Part shown: positions 1 through 10,449 of the stretch, piece by piece | How the letters are laid out: each line of letters begins with the position of its first letter | Numbering within the stretch: the stretch's first letter is position 1 | Source: Clostridia bacterium | Lineage (GTDB): Bacteria > Bacillota > Clostridia > RGIG6154 | Length of the DNA stretch: 64,000 bases | NCBI GenBank assembly: GCA_045593265.1 | Contig: JAZNWH010000105.1 | Span: forward strand, 19,216 to 83,215 | Direction: 5' to 3' | Made by a program: the position numbers and the translations under genes | Notes under the pieces: generated by a model | Told to the model about the DNA's origin: nothing | The model's database searches: none | What the model saw: only the letters and a program-made list of their open reading frames with translations

Positions 1-182
1 TGTCCAGTTACCACCACCTGAGCTGCTTCTTTTATAAACAGCATCAGCAAGCTTAGTATTCATTTTAGTTTTCCAGATAACCTGAGGGTCAGGACGAAGA
101 AGAGTAATATTTCCCCATCTTTCCATCTTGTCTCCGTTTCCCGTCTGGATTATTTCATAGTCTTTCCACTTATCTGCAAGTA
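1..182 (-). CDS. N-terminal fragment (60 aa, runs off window start) of a putative SAM-dependent RNA methyltransferase-like protein
   Basis: Open frame from ATG at 182 reading leftward: MILADKWKDYEIIQTGNGDKMERWGNITLLRPDPQVIW... with no stops to the window edge. Family assignment by motif memory only. Confidence 0.3.
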
Positions 183-965
183 TCATAAATTTATTACTAC
201 CTCTCCTGTCATTAATGCTGCTTTGGTTTTGTCTTCAAATTCCACAACAAGACGGAATTCTTCATCAATATCAAGAACCTTTGCTGTTCCTCTGCCGGGA
301 ACTTCAACAACCTTTCCTTTAAGCAAATTCTTATTTTTGTATTCATTATAAAAAGTTTTTGCTTCGAGATTTTCATAATACACAAAAAACTTGTTTAAAA
401 CCCCTGCAATAATTCTGTTTTTCAAATCAGTTTCAACATTTGCAGTAAGAAATCCTGCTTTGTTTTCTATATCCTTGGGAAAACCGTCGGCGGGTGGATA
501 AACATTTATTCCAATTCCGAGGACACAAAAACTTTCATTTCCTGAAAACACAGATTCTGCAAGTATTCCACATACTTTTTTATTTTTAAAATATATATCA
601 TTGACCCACTTGATTTGTGTATTGATATTTAAAATCTCATCAAGTGCCAAAGAAACAGCAACTGCAGCTGCTGTTGTTATAAGCAAGCTTTTTTCTGCTG
701 TCATTTGGGGTCGAAGCAACACAGTCATATAAATTCCACTTTCATCAGGAGAAAAGAAGCTTCTGTCCATTCTGCCTCTGCCCGATGTCTGCATTTTCGA
801 TACAACCAATGTACCTTCTTCTTCACCGGTTACACCAAGTTCCTTTGCGTCTTTATTAGTTGATTCTGTAACATCTTTTACAATTATTTTTTTTAAACAA
901 TTTGTATATTTTTTTATTCCCTCTGACGTTATTTCGTCATTAATATTCATAGTTTTTTTAATCAT
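183..965 (-). CDS. birA: biotin--[acetyl-CoA-carboxylase] ligase (BirA catalytic + C-terminal domain, no HTH)
   Basis: 260 aa. Carries the GRGRMDRSF biotin-ligase signature with the typical downstream layout. Confidence 0.8.
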   Translation of the reverse strand: MIKKTMNINDEITSEGIKKYTNCLKKIIVKDVTESTNKDAKELGVTGEEEGTLVVSKMQTSGRGRMDRSFFSPDESGIYMTVLLRPQMTAEKSLLITTAAAVAVSLALDEILNINTQIKWVNDIYFKNKKVCGILAESVFSGNESFCVLGIGINVYPPADGFPKDIENKAGFLTANVETDLKNRIIAGVLNKFFVYYENLEAKTFYNEYKNKNLLKGKVVEVPGRGTAKVLDIDEEFRLVVEFEDKTKAALMTGEVVINL

Positions 966-1912
966 ACTATTCTGTTTTTGCTATTTTTATTTTCTTCATA
1001 AGATTTTATATTTTCAGCCACAGAGTCTACGCATCTGCATCTTGCTTCGAAAGACCCCCACGCCATATGAGGAGTAAGACACACATTTTCCATATCCTTA
1101 AGGGTATTATATACACTGCTTTCATCAAAGGGTTCAGTTGGGTAAACATCACAACCGAAGCCAGCTATTTTACCATCATTTAATGCACAAAGGACGGCTT
1201 CTTCGTCAACAACCTTTCCTCTTGCTGTGTTAACAACAATAACACCATTTTTCATTTTATCTATGGTCGCTTTGTTTATTATTCTGTCCGTTGACGGGCT
1301 GTGAGGAAGATGAATTGAGATAATATCGGAAATCTTGCAAAGTTCTTCAAGAGAAACTGTTTCAAATTCACTGTCGGGAGTTCTTTTGAAAACTACCACA
1401 CGACAGCCAAATGCTTTGGCAACACGGGCAACCTGTTTTCCTATATTTCCCGCACCAACAATTCCCCATACTTTACCTGAAAGCTCATAATAAACAGGTT
1501 CAAGACAATTTGCTTTCATGCTTTTAGTATATTCGCCGCTTTTTACAAAATCGGTATACTGCGACATTTTGTTTGCAAGATTTAAAACCATACCAACTGT
1601 TACCTGGACAACACTGTCAGTTGAATATCCGATAATGTTATAAACTGCAATAGAATTTTCTCTGCAGTAATCAATATCAATATTATCATAACCTGTTGCA
1701 GTAACACAAATCAGTTTAAGCTGTTTTGCATTTTTAAGATTTGCTTCATACAGCTTTATTTTATTTGTTATTATTACCTGACAATCTCTTATTCTGCTTT
1801 CAACTTCATCAGCTTGTGTTGTCTGGTAAATTTCAGTTTCATGAAACTTGGTTATCGGTGATAAATCTATATCCCTACCAAGAGTTGCTGCATCAAGAAT
1901 TACCGCTTTCAT
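962..1912 (-). CDS. D-isomer-specific 2-hydroxyacid dehydrogenase (glycerate/phosphoglycerate DH family)
   Basis: 316 aa. NAD-binding GIVGAGNIGKQVARVAKAFGCRVVVF with the usual catalytic region. Overlaps birA by 4 nt. Confidence 0.8.
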   Translation of the reverse strand: MKAVILDAATLGRDIDLSPITKFHETEIYQTTQADEVESRIRDCQVIITNKIKLYEANLKNAKQLKLICVTATGYDNIDIDYCRENSIAVYNIIGYSTDSVVQVTVGMVLNLANKMSQYTDFVKSGEYTKSMKANCLEPVYYELSGKVWGIVGAGNIGKQVARVAKAFGCRVVVFKRTPDSEFETVSLEELCKISDIISIHLPHSPSTDRIINKATIDKMKNGVIVVNTARGKVVDEEAVLCALNDGKIAGFGCDVYPTEPFDESSVYNTLKDMENVCLTPHMAWGSFEARCRCVDSVAENIKSYEENKNSKNRIV

Positions 1913-2288
1913 TTTTTACCTTCCTTGTCCCCGGTCTGAAGCTTCTCTTTTTTTGACTCTGCGATGGTTTCTTTCCGGTGTTTGAAATCTTTTTCTTTTC
2001 TGTCTTTTTTACAGGCTTGTCCTGCTTTATATTCTTATCCTGTTCTTTTTTAACAACTGTTTTGTTTTTCTGATATCCTTTTGTATTTCTCTGCTCTTTT
2101 TTTGTTGTTTCAAAGCTAAGTTTATTTTCGCTTATACCCATTAAAAGAGCCGCTGATATATCGTTAAGCAGATACCCTTTTTCCAACAGAGCTATAACTG
2201 CACGATAATATTTCATATCCACTCTGTTTTTCAGGATTTTTTCTGTTAATTCAACAAGGCTTTTTTCGTCCATGCCTTTTTTTTGCAT
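1893..2288 (-). CDS. hypothetical protein with small N-terminal domain and Lys-rich basic tail
   Basis: 131-aa ORF. About 55 aa of structured N-terminus, then a K-rich low-complexity C-terminus that could bind nucleic acid. Real start may be the internal Met at 2273. Confidence 0.45.
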   Translation of the reverse strand: MQKKGMDEKSLVELTEKILKNRVDMKYYRAVIALLEKGYLLNDISAALLMGISENKLSFETTKKEQRNTKGYQKNKTVVKKEQDKNIKQDKPVKKTEKKKISNTGKKPSQSQKKRSFRPGTRKVKNESGNS

Positions 2289-2300
2289 AACTATAATAAA

Positions 2301-3266
2301 TCACTCCTTAAGTTTTTCCAATTCTTTATCAGTAAGTATTAAATCACAAAATGCAACTGTATCCTTAAGCTGAGCTATATTTTTACAACCTACTACAGGC
2401 ATTGTAACAGGATTTTTTTGAGATATCAGGTATGCTATAACAACTGCTGCTATGCTTACACCCCTTTTTTGTGCAATCTCTCTTGCAGCAACATATCTTG
2501 CGATATTTTTATCACACCAATACCTCTCTTTTGATTTCCCGTCCAAAGTTCCTTTTTCATACTTTGAGAAAAAGCCTTTTGCCTGAGATGCAAAAGCAGT
2601 TACTTTCAAGTCGTTGTTTTGGTAAAATTCAAGTTCATCTTCATTCATCTCAACCAGTGTCGGGTCATCCTTGAAAAATGGAGAGGTTTCTGCCAAACTC
2701 CATTTAATTTCACTTGCAGCAAAACCTTTAAGTCCGTGAGACTTTGCATAATCGTTAGCTTCCTTTATTCTTGCTGATTTCCAGTTTGAGCATCCTATTG
2801 ATACTGTTTTTCCCTCTTTTATAAAGCTGTTAAGAGTTTCTATTATTTCTCCTGCATGGATCTTAACGTCATCACGATGCAGATAGTATAAATCCACACA
2901 TTCTGTATCAAGCCGAACCAGACTCTCTTCAATATCTCGTCTTAAGCTTTCAGAATCAAGACGGGATACATTCTGATAAGGAAATCCACCTTTGGTTGAA
3001 ACAAATATATCTTCACGCTTTTTTGTTTTCAGCCACTTACCTACAAGTATTTCACTCAATCCCTCACAGTACATATGTGCTGTATCGAAATGATTTCCGC
3101 CAAGGTCAAAATAAAAGTCAAACAAGCTCATAACTTCACTTTCAGGAACCAAAGTTCCCATATAATCTGTACCCATTATAAGCTTAGAGGTTTTCTTTTG
3201 TGATATTTCCGTATAAAGCATACAATCACCTATGATAATTGTACCATATTTTAAAGAAAGTTTCAA
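2301..3266 (-). CDS. aldo/keto reductase family oxidoreductase
   Basis: 321 aa with AKR motifs (GTDYMGT...FDTAHMY). Start may be the internal MLYTEIS. Confidence 0.8.
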   Translation of the reverse strand: MKLSLKYGTIIIGDCMLYTEISQKKTSKLIMGTDYMGTLVPESEVMSLFDFYFDLGGNHFDTAHMYCEGLSEILVGKWLKTKKREDIFVSTKGGFPYQNVSRLDSESLRRDIEESLVRLDTECVDLYYLHRDDVKIHAGEIIETLNSFIKEGKTVSIGCSNWKSARIKEANDYAKSHGLKGFAASEIKWSLAETSPFFKDDPTLVEMNEDELEFYQNNDLKVTAFASQAKGFFSKYEKGTLDGKSKERYWCDKNIARYVAAREIAQKRGVSIAAVVIAYLISQKNPVTMPVVGCKNIAQLKDTVAFCDLILTDKELEKLKE

Positions 3267-3344
3267 GATTTTATTAAATAGATATTTATTTTTTATCCAA
3301 AATGTGTTATTATATATCTATGAGTATATTAAACAGGAGCAATT

Positions 3345-3758
3345 ATGGTTATAACGTGCAAAAATTATGAAGAAACAATTGATGCCGGTTTTAAATTCGG
3401 ACTTACACTAAAAAAAGGAGACATAGTTTGTCTTACAGGTGATTTGGGTGCAGGAAAAACCACTTTCACCAAAGGGATTGCAAAAGCTGTTAATTCAATT
3501 TATGAGCCTGTAAGCCCTACATTCAATATTGTAAACGAATATCCCGGTGATATTACCATTTTTCATTTTGACCTTTACAGGCTTGAAAGTGAAAATGATT
3601 TGTATTCAGTTGATATCGACAACTATCTTTTTGGAGATGGAATATGCGTTATAGAATGGCCGCAAATTGCACTTAATTTAATTGACAAATACTATTCTGT
3701 GCAAATCAAGTATGATGCAGATGGCAGAATAATTGAAACAGAAAGGATTGAACGATAA
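3345..3758 (+). CDS. tsaE: tRNA threonylcarbamoyladenosine biosynthesis protein TsaE
   Basis: 137 aa. P-loop GDLGAGKTTFTKG. Confidence 0.85.
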   Translation: MVITCKNYEETIDAGFKFGLTLKKGDIVCLTGDLGAGKTTFTKGIAKAVNSIYEPVSPTFNIVNEYPGDITIFHFDLYRLESENDLYSVDIDNYLFGDGICVIEWPQIALNLIDKYYSVQIKYDADGRIIETERIER

Positions 3759-4439
3759 ATGAAGGTTCTTGCTATTGACACCTCTACTTCGTCTGCTTCG
3801 GCGGCAATCGTAAGCGACGGAAGACTTTTGGGCGAAATAACTTTAAATCCTGATAAAGCTCATTCTCAGGTCATTATGCCTGTGATAGAAAAATTACTTT
3901 CTCAGCTTGAGCTTACCCCTCGTGATATTGATATTTTTGCTGCAACTCAGGGGCCCGGCTCTTTTACCGGACTTCGAGTTGGCATCAGCACCGTAAAAGG
4001 TCTTGCCGATGCTCAGGATAAACCTGTTATAGGTGTTTCAACCATGGAAGCCATGAGCCATATGTTTGGTTTTAGAAATGATTACATATGTACTCTTATT
4101 GATGCAAGAAGAAATCAGGTATATTTTGCACTTTATCAATATGTTGACGGCAATATAACTACCGTAATGGAACCTGATGTTGAAGATATTTCAATTCTTT
4201 TAAGTAAACTTAGCTGCCTTAACAAACAGATTATTTTCACAGGCGACTGTGTGGAAAAATTCGTTGAACTTATTAAAGAACATATGGGCAGCAGTGCGAT
4301 AATGCCAATGCGTGCTTACTGTGTGAGTGTTGCCACAAGTGCAGCAATTCTTGCAGAAAAGATGTTCAACAAGAAAGAATACAAAAAAATCGAACCAGAC
4401 TATATGATTAAAGCTTATGTAGATCAGGAAAACAAATAA
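3759..4439 (+). CDS. tsaB: tRNA t6A biosynthesis protein TsaB
   Basis: 226 aa. N-terminus MKVLAIDTSTSSASAAIV is typical of the inactive Kae1 paralog. Confidence 0.85.
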   Translation: MKVLAIDTSTSSASAAIVSDGRLLGEITLNPDKAHSQVIMPVIEKLLSQLELTPRDIDIFAATQGPGSFTGLRVGISTVKGLADAQDKPVIGVSTMEAMSHMFGFRNDYICTLIDARRNQVYFALYQYVDGNITTVMEPDVEDISILLSKLSCLNKQIIFTGDCVEKFVELIKEHMGSSAIMPMRAYCVSVATSAAILAEKMFNKKEYKKIEPDYMIKAYVDQENK

Positions 4440-4451
4440 AGGAGAAAGATT

Positions 4452-4892
4452 ATGATAGCAATCGGTTGCGACCACGGTGGTCTTGAATTAAAGGAAAGTA
4501 TAATTAAGCATCTTAAAGACAGAGGTTTTGAGGTTAACGATTTTGGTACATACACAAAAGAGTCAGTTGATTATCCTGATATTGCAGCAAAGGTTTGTCC
4601 TGAAGTCTTAAACGGGAAATGTGAATTCGGTATATTGATATGCGGAACAGGAATAGGTATTTCTATCGCTGCAAATAAACATAAAGGCATCCGTGCTGCT
4701 CTCTGTTCCGACCCGTACAGTGCTGCAAAAACTAAAGAGCACAATAATGCAAATGTTATTTGTCTTGGTGGAAGAGTAACAGGTCCTGACCTTGCAAACA
4801 CCATTGTAGATGCATATATTGATGCAAAATTCGAAGGGGACAGACACGAAAAAAGAATCAAGAAAATTACAGATATTGAAAATAATCAATAA
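4452..4892 (+). CDS. rpiB: ribose-5-phosphate isomerase B
   Basis: 146 aa. MIAIGCDHGG is RpiB/LacAB family. Confidence 0.85.
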   Translation: MIAIGCDHGGLELKESIIKHLKDRGFEVNDFGTYTKESVDYPDIAAKVCPEVLNGKCEFGILICGTGIGISIAANKHKGIRAALCSDPYSAAKTKEHNNANVICLGGRVTGPDLANTIVDAYIDAKFEGDRHEKRIKKITDIENNQ

Positions 4893-4901
4893 GGAGCAAA
4901 T

Positions 4902-5396
4902 ATGGAAAGAATTGATAAAATAAATTATTATCTTGACATAGCAGAAACAGTGCTTGAAAGAGGAACATGCCTCAGACGTAATTACGGAGCTATCATCGTT
5001 AAGAATGACGAAATTATTTCAACGGGATATGTAGGCGCTCCAAGAATGAGAAAGAATTGTATTGATTTAGGTTATTGTCTGCGTCAGAAAATGAATATTC
5101 CACGTGGTACCCGTTATGAATTATGCCGTTCTGTTCATGCTGAAGCAAATGCAATAATCAGTGCTTCAAGACGTGATATGATTGGAGCAACTCTTTATCT
5201 TGTAGGAAGAGAAGTTGACAGTGGTGAATTGATTGAGAATGCATCCTCCTGTGCTATGTGTAAGCGTATGATTATCAATGCAGGAATTGAAAAAGTCTGT
5301 ATAAGAAACACGAAGGATAAATATACAATTATTGACGTTAATGACTGGATTGAAAATGACGATTCTCTTGAAGTTCCAGCTAAGGAAGGTTATTGA
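4902..5396 (+). CDS. comEB: dCMP deaminase (ComEB-like cytidine/deoxycytidylate deaminase)
   Basis: 164 aa. Zinc-binding HAEANAI and CAMCKRM motifs. Confidence 0.75.
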   Translation: MERIDKINYYLDIAETVLERGTCLRRNYGAIIVKNDEIISTGYVGAPRMRKNCIDLGYCLRQKMNIPRGTRYELCRSVHAEANAIISASRRDMIGATLYLVGREVDSGELIENASSCAMCKRMIINAGIEKVCIRNTKDKYTIIDVNDWIENDDSLEVPAKEGY

Positions 5397-6418
5397 TGGA
5401 TACACTTTTTGTAAAAGTAACTGTAGATGATACGAAAAATTTAAAGCAAGCCTCCGATATTATAAAAAACGGAGGTCTTGTTGCGTTTCCTACCGAAACG
5501 GTTTACGGTCTTGGAGGTAACGGGCTTAACAGTAATGCTGTAAAAAATATTTTTGCTGCAAAGGGCAGACCTATGGACAACCCTTTAATTCTTCACATCT
5601 GCAGTCTCTCGCAGCTTGAAGGTCTTGTAAAAGAAGTTACATCATGTGCAAAAACACTTATTGATAATTTCTGGCCGGGTCCTATGACATTAATTTTCAG
5701 AAAGAAAGACATTGTTCCTCCTGAAACTTCAGGAGGACTAAATACCGTAGCAATTCGTTTTCCCGAAAATGAAATTGCTCAGAAGTTCATTGAATTCTGC
5801 GACTTACCTATCGCGGCACCGAGTGCCAATACGTCCGGAAGACCAAGTCCTACAAAAGCACAACATGTTTTTGAGGATATGAATGGCAAAATTGAAATGA
5901 TACTTGATGGTGGTGAATGTGAAATAGGACTTGAATCCACCGTAATCGATGTAACAGGTGAAAACCCGGTTATATGCCGACCCGGTGGTATAACTTTAGA
6001 GCAAGTGAAAAAATTCTTTCCTCTTGCCTGTTACGACAAGCATTTAACAGAAGAAAACAGTGCTGACTTCAAACCTATAAGTCCCGGTATGAAATATAAA
6101 CATTATGCACCAAAGGGTGATTTAATTGTACTTGACGGAGATTTTGATAAAATCAAAGAAATAGTTTTAAATGATAAAGCTGCAGGTTTTATCACATTTG
6201 ACCAGTACAGAATTACAAACTCTGAAAAGGAATTTTCTCTTGGCAATATTAACTCACCTCTTGATTGCAGCCACAGACTTTTTGATATTCTGAGAAAATG
6301 CGACTCTTTAGGCTTAGAAAAGATTTATTCAATGTGTCCACCCTCCGACGGAATTGGTTTTGCTCTTTGCAACAGACTGTTTAAAGCGGCAGGCGGAAAA
6401 ATTATTAAACTGGATTGA
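5393..6418 (+). CDS. tsaC: L-threonylcarbamoyladenylate synthase (Sua5/TsaC with C-terminal Sua5 domain)
   Basis: 341 aa. AFPTETVYGLGGN is the YrdC signature. Overlaps comEB by 4 nt. Confidence 0.85.
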   Translation: MMDTLFVKVTVDDTKNLKQASDIIKNGGLVAFPTETVYGLGGNGLNSNAVKNIFAAKGRPMDNPLILHICSLSQLEGLVKEVTSCAKTLIDNFWPGPMTLIFRKKDIVPPETSGGLNTVAIRFPENEIAQKFIEFCDLPIAAPSANTSGRPSPTKAQHVFEDMNGKIEMILDGGECEIGLESTVIDVTGENPVICRPGGITLEQVKKFFPLACYDKHLTEENSADFKPISPGMKYKHYAPKGDLIVLDGDFDKIKEIVLNDKAAGFITFDQYRITNSEKEFSLGNINSPLDCSHRLFDILRKCDSLGLEKIYSMCPPSDGIGFALCNRLFKAAGGKIIKLD

Positions 6419-6422
6419 TTTT

Positions 6423-6872
6423 ATGGAATTTAAAATAGTTAAACTTGAAAGAAAACATCTTGCAGACTGCAATGAAATAGACCGTCTTTCTTTTTCATCG
6501 CCATGGTCTCCAAAGGAATTCGAAAAAGAGCTTGATAATGCTATTGCTCATTATTTTGTAGCAGAGTCAGACGAGAAAGCTGTTGGATACGGTGGTTACT
6601 GGTGGACCTTTGATGAAGCACAGATTACCAACATTGCTGTACATCCCGATTTCAGAAAGCGGGGTGTCGGACAGGCTATTTTAGAAAAAATGATTGAAGA
6701 AGTTAATGATGGATTTGTTAAAACCCTTACCCTTGAAGTTCGAAAAAGCAATATTGCTGCACAGAACCTTTACAGGAAAATGGGATTTGTACAGGTCGGG
6801 CTTCGTCCTAAATACTATGAACGCACCGAAGATGCTGTTTTAATGACAAAGGAGATAGAATACATTGATTAA
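6423..6872 (+). CDS. rimI: ribosomal-protein-alanine N-acetyltransferase (GNAT)
   Basis: GNAT fold. ATG at 6423 follows the tsaC stop directly. Sits in the conserved tsaB-rimI-tsaD context. Confidence 0.75.
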   Translation: MEFKIVKLERKHLADCNEIDRLSFSSPWSPKEFEKELDNAIAHYFVAESDEKAVGYGGYWWTFDEAQITNIAVHPDFRKRGVGQAILEKMIEEVNDGFVKTLTLEVRKSNIAAQNLYRKMGFVQVGLRPKYYERTEDAVLMTKEIEYID

Positions 6873-7866
6873 AATTCTTGCTATAGAAAGTTCCTGTGAT
6901 GAAACTGCTGCAGCTGTTGTAGTTGACGGAATTAATGTGTTATCAAATGTTATAAACTCACAGGCTGAACTACATAAAAAATATGGTGGAGTTGTTCCTG
7001 AAGTGGCTTCAAGACTTCATGTAGAAGTAATTGATTCCGTTGTGCACGAGGCTTTAAAAAAGGCAGATATGACACTTGATGACATTGATGCTATAGCTGT
7101 TACTCACGCACCCGGACTTGTAGGTTCTTTACTTGTAGGTCTTTCTTATGCCAAAGGTCTTGCCTTTTCAGCAGGAAAGCCATTAATCGGTGTTCATCAT
7201 ATTGAGGGACATTTATCTGCAAATTATTTATCAGGACTCACCCCTCCCTTTGTAACATTAGTTGCTTCCGGTGGACACAGTCATATAATATATGTGGAAG
7301 ATTATCGCAAATTCACCATTATGGGAAAAACCCGCGATGATGCTGCCGGCGAAGCTTTTGATAAGGTTGCACGCGTCTTGGGGCTTCCGTATCCCGGTGG
7401 GCCTAATATTGACAAAGCTGCAAAAGACGGCTGTGCTAATATTAAAATTACGAAACCAAAATTTCACGAGGAAACTCTTGATTTTTCTTTCAGTGGAATT
7501 AAGACCTTTATCATAAACTACGCTCACGGACTTGAACAAAAAAATATTCCTTTACCAATTAACGATATTGCTGCAAGCTTTCAAAATACTGTTGTGGAGA
7601 TTCTAACGGATAATACTTTTGAAGCTGCAAAGCGAACTAAGGTTAACAAAATTGCACTTGCAGGTGGTGTTGCTGCAAACACAGCACTAAGAACTGCTTT
7701 TGAAGAGCGGGCAAAAAAAGAAGGCAAAGAATTTTATTGTCCCCCATTTGTTTATTGCACAGATAATGCTGCTATGATTGGTGCAGCGGCATATCATTAC
7801 TATCTCGAGGGTAATTTTGCTGATATGAGTTTAAATGCAATACCATATAAACCTATAGGAGAATAA
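6865..7866 (+). CDS. tsaD: tRNA N6-adenosine threonylcarbamoyltransferase TsaD
   Basis: 333 aa. [19 protein letters not shown] with the HxxH metal site of the Kae1/TsaD family. Confidence 0.9.
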   Translation: MIKILAIESSCDETAAAVVVDGINVLSNVINSQAELHKKYGGVVPEVASRLHVEVIDSVVHEALKKADMTLDDIDAIAVTHAPGLVGSLLVGLSYAKGLAFSAGKPLIGVHHIEGHLSANYLSGLTPPFVTLVASGGHSHIIYVEDYRKFTIMGKTRDDAAGEAFDKVARVLGLPYPGGPNIDKAAKDGCANIKITKPKFHEETLDFSFSGIKTFIINYAHGLEQKNIPLPINDIAASFQNTVVEILTDNTFEAAKRTKVNKIALAGGVAANTALRTAFEERAKKEGKEFYCPPFVYCTDNAAMIGAAAYHYYLEGNFADMSLNAIPYKPIGE

Positions 7867-7868
7867 TT

Positions 7869-8126
7869 ATGCAATATTTAAAATTAACTCTTATAACGTG
7901 GAACATAATTGTGTTTTTATTATTTGCTGTTGATAAATACAAAGCTATAAAAAAGAAAAACAGAATTTCTGAATTCACACTGGTTTTCTGATCTGTTGCT
8001 GGTGGTGGATTAGGTGCAATACTCTCTATGATTATTTTCAATCATAAAACAAAAAAGCATAAATTCAGATTTTTTATACCCATAAGTCTTTTTATATGGA
8101 TTTATATTTTCTTTTATGTCCTTTAA
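7869..8126 (+). pseudogene. DUF1294 family small membrane protein interrupted by an in-frame TGA at 7989-7991
   Basis: Reads MQYLKLTLITWNIIVFLLFAVDKYKAIKKKNRISEFTLVF*SVAGGGLGAILSMIIFNHKTKKHKF..., which matches the DUF1294 consensus (DK..A......RIPE..L......GG.GA..GM..F.HKT.K..F) on both sides of the stop. Confidence 0.5.
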
Positions 8127-8151
8127 TTAAATTTGAACGGAAGATAAAACA

Positions 8152-9459
8152 ATGAATTTTACCTATTTAACAATACTTATATTTACCCTTACTTGCCTCG
8201 TTATGATTGCAATGATTTTAAAAAAGCCAACTATTCATTTAGGGAAAAGAGGATTTTCTTCTTATTGGGTTGTTGCTTTTTTAGGGGCGTTAACTATGCT
8301 TATATTTGGCAATATAACACCTTCGTTTACTGTAAATTCTATGCTTTCAAGCGGTTCTGTTAATCCAATAAAGATACTTGTTCTTTTTATTTCCATGACC
8401 TCAATTTCTGTGTTTCTCGACGAAACAGGTTTTTTCAAGTATCTTGCAGTTAAAACATTAAGACTTGCAGGAAACAGCCAGTATAAGCTATTTACGATGC
8501 TATATATAACGGTTTCTGTTTTAACGGTTTTTACATCCAATGATATAATTATACTTACCTTTACTCCGTTTATTTGTCATTTTGCCAAAAATGCAAACAT
8601 AAACCCTGTTCCATATCTTACTTTGGAATTTGTTGCCGCAAATACGTGGAGCATGCTTCTTATAATCGGAAATCCTACAAATATTTATCTTGCATCTTAT
8701 TTCAATACTGATTTTACAAGCTATACTAAAGTTATGGCATTCCCTACTATTATGGCAGGACTTACTTCCCTTGTAGTTATGCTTTTGCTTTTCAGAAAAG
8801 ATTTAAATAAAGAAACTGTTGTTTCCGATGTTAAAGCAGATGTTATTAACAAGCCTCTTATGATTATGGGTCTGTTCACTCTTGCTGTATGTACTGTAAT
8901 GCTTGCTGTAGCATCTTATATTAATTTACAAATGTGGCTTATAAGTCTCATGTGTGCTTTTATTCTGTTCGTATGTGTATATGTTTTCAATAAGATAAAT
9001 CACAATAGAAACAAAATAATAACTCATACTATGCAACGCGTTCCCTGGCAGCTTATCCCTTTTGTGCTTTCTATGTTTATTATGGTTATTGCTCTCGACT
9101 TTAACCATGTTACCAATTCAATTGCAAACATACTTTCAAAAATCCCTATGCCTGCCTTTACTTACACTTTCTCATCAGCGATTTTTGCAAACTTTCTTAA
9201 CAATATTCCTATGAGTGTTCTTTTCTGTTCAGTTTCACAGAATTCAGGATTCGGTCAATTAGCTGAATATGCAAGTATCATAGGTTCAAATATCGGTGCT
9301 TTAATCACACCGATAGGTGCATTGGCAGGAATTATGTGGACAGACATTTTAAGTGGTCTTAAGGTAAGGTACTCATTTAAAACATTTATTAAAAACGGGG
9401 TGTTGATTGCATTTCCCTCGCTTCTTGCCGCTGCTGCAGGTCTTAACTTTATATTTTGA
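8152..9459 (+). CDS. ArsB/NhaD-superfamily (CitMHS-like) anion permease
   Basis: 435-aa polytopic membrane protein with a GNPTNIY motif. Confidence 0.6.
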   Translation: MNFTYLTILIFTLTCLVMIAMILKKPTIHLGKRGFSSYWVVAFLGALTMLIFGNITPSFTVNSMLSSGSVNPIKILVLFISMTSISVFLDETGFFKYLAVKTLRLAGNSQYKLFTMLYITVSVLTVFTSNDIIILTFTPFICHFAKNANINPVPYLTLEFVAANTWSMLLIIGNPTNIYLASYFNTDFTSYTKVMAFPTIMAGLTSLVVMLLLFRKDLNKETVVSDVKADVINKPLMIMGLFTLAVCTVMLAVASYINLQMWLISLMCAFILFVCVYVFNKINHNRNKIITHTMQRVPWQLIPFVLSMFIMVIALDFNHVTNSIANILSKIPMPAFTYTFSSAIFANFLNNIPMSVLFCSVSQNSGFGQLAEYASIIGSNIGALITPIGALAGIMWTDILSGLKVRYSFKTFIKNGVLIAFPSLLAAAAGLNFIF

Positions 9460-9507
9460 AAATGTACTCTAATTTAAATCATCTTAAGAGAAAGGAAGAA
9501 CTTATAA

Positions 9508-10341
9508 ATGAAAACAGGAATAGTAGGCTTAGGATTAATAGGTGGTTCCTTTGCTAAAGCTTATAAAAAGGACGGACATCAGGTTTACGCGTATGACCTG
9601 AATGAAACTGTAACTGATTACGCAATTTCTTCAGGTGCTGTGGATTTTAAACTCGACAAGAAAAATATAAAAGAATGTGATTTAGTTATCATATGCATAT
9701 ATCCTAAAGCTGCAGTAGGCTTTTTAGAAGAATTTGCACCTTATTTTTCAAAAACTTCCATTGTTATTGATACTTGCGGTACCAAAAGATATGTATGTGA
9801 AAAAGCTTTTCCATTGGCACAAAAATATGGCTTTACATTTATTGGCGCCCATCCCATGGCAGGAACACATAATTCGGGATTTAAATATGCTAAAGAAACT
9901 ATGTTTTCAGGTGCCCCTATGGTTTTAGTACCACAACCTGAAACAGAACCTGACATTCTCGAAAAAGTAACAGAAATGCTCTCTCCCTGCAGATTTGGAC
10001 GTTACTCTGTTACAACAGCCGAAAAACATGACCAGATGATTGCTTTCACATCACAGATGGCACATGTTGTTTCAAATGCTTTTATCAAAAGCCCTACAGC
10101 CTGTGTTCATAAGGGATTTTCAGCAGGAAGCTACAAGGATTTAACGAGAGTTGCCTGGCTTAACCCGTCTATGTGGACAGAATTATTTCTCGAAAATAAA
10201 GATAATCTGATAAATGAAATAGACATTATGGTAAATGCTTTAAACAAATATAAAAAAGCTCTAAAGGATAATGATGAAAAGTATCTTTACGAGCTTCTTG
10301 ATGAAGGTAAGAAGAGAAAAGAAATGGTTGATGGAAGATAA
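9508..10341 (+). CDS. tyrA: prephenate dehydrogenase
   Basis: 277 aa. N-terminal Rossmann GIVGLGLIGGSFA in the TyrA family. Confidence 0.8.
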   Translation: MKTGIVGLGLIGGSFAKAYKKDGHQVYAYDLNETVTDYAISSGAVDFKLDKKNIKECDLVIICIYPKAAVGFLEEFAPYFSKTSIVIDTCGTKRYVCEKAFPLAQKYGFTFIGAHPMAGTHNSGFKYAKETMFSGAPMVLVPQPETEPDILEKVTEMLSPCRFGRYSVTTAEKHDQMIAFTSQMAHVVSNAFIKSPTACVHKGFSAGSYKDLTRVAWLNPSMWTELFLENKDNLINEIDIMVNALNKYKKALKDNDEKYLYELLDEGKKRKEMVDGR

Positions 10342-10401
10342 AAAAGGAAATATAAAAAAAGTTCATAATCGTAAAAATGCTTAAATTTAATATAATTAAA
10401 A

Positions 10402-10440
10402 GGAGACTGTAAAAAACTAAGTTTTTTACAGTCCTTTTCA
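10402..10440. terminator. bidirectional rho-independent terminator between convergent tyrA and the MATE gene
   Basis: GACTGTAAAAAAC-taa-GTTTTTTACAGTC hairpin flanked by T and A runs. Confidence 0.6.
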
Positions 10441-10449
10441 CATTCACTA

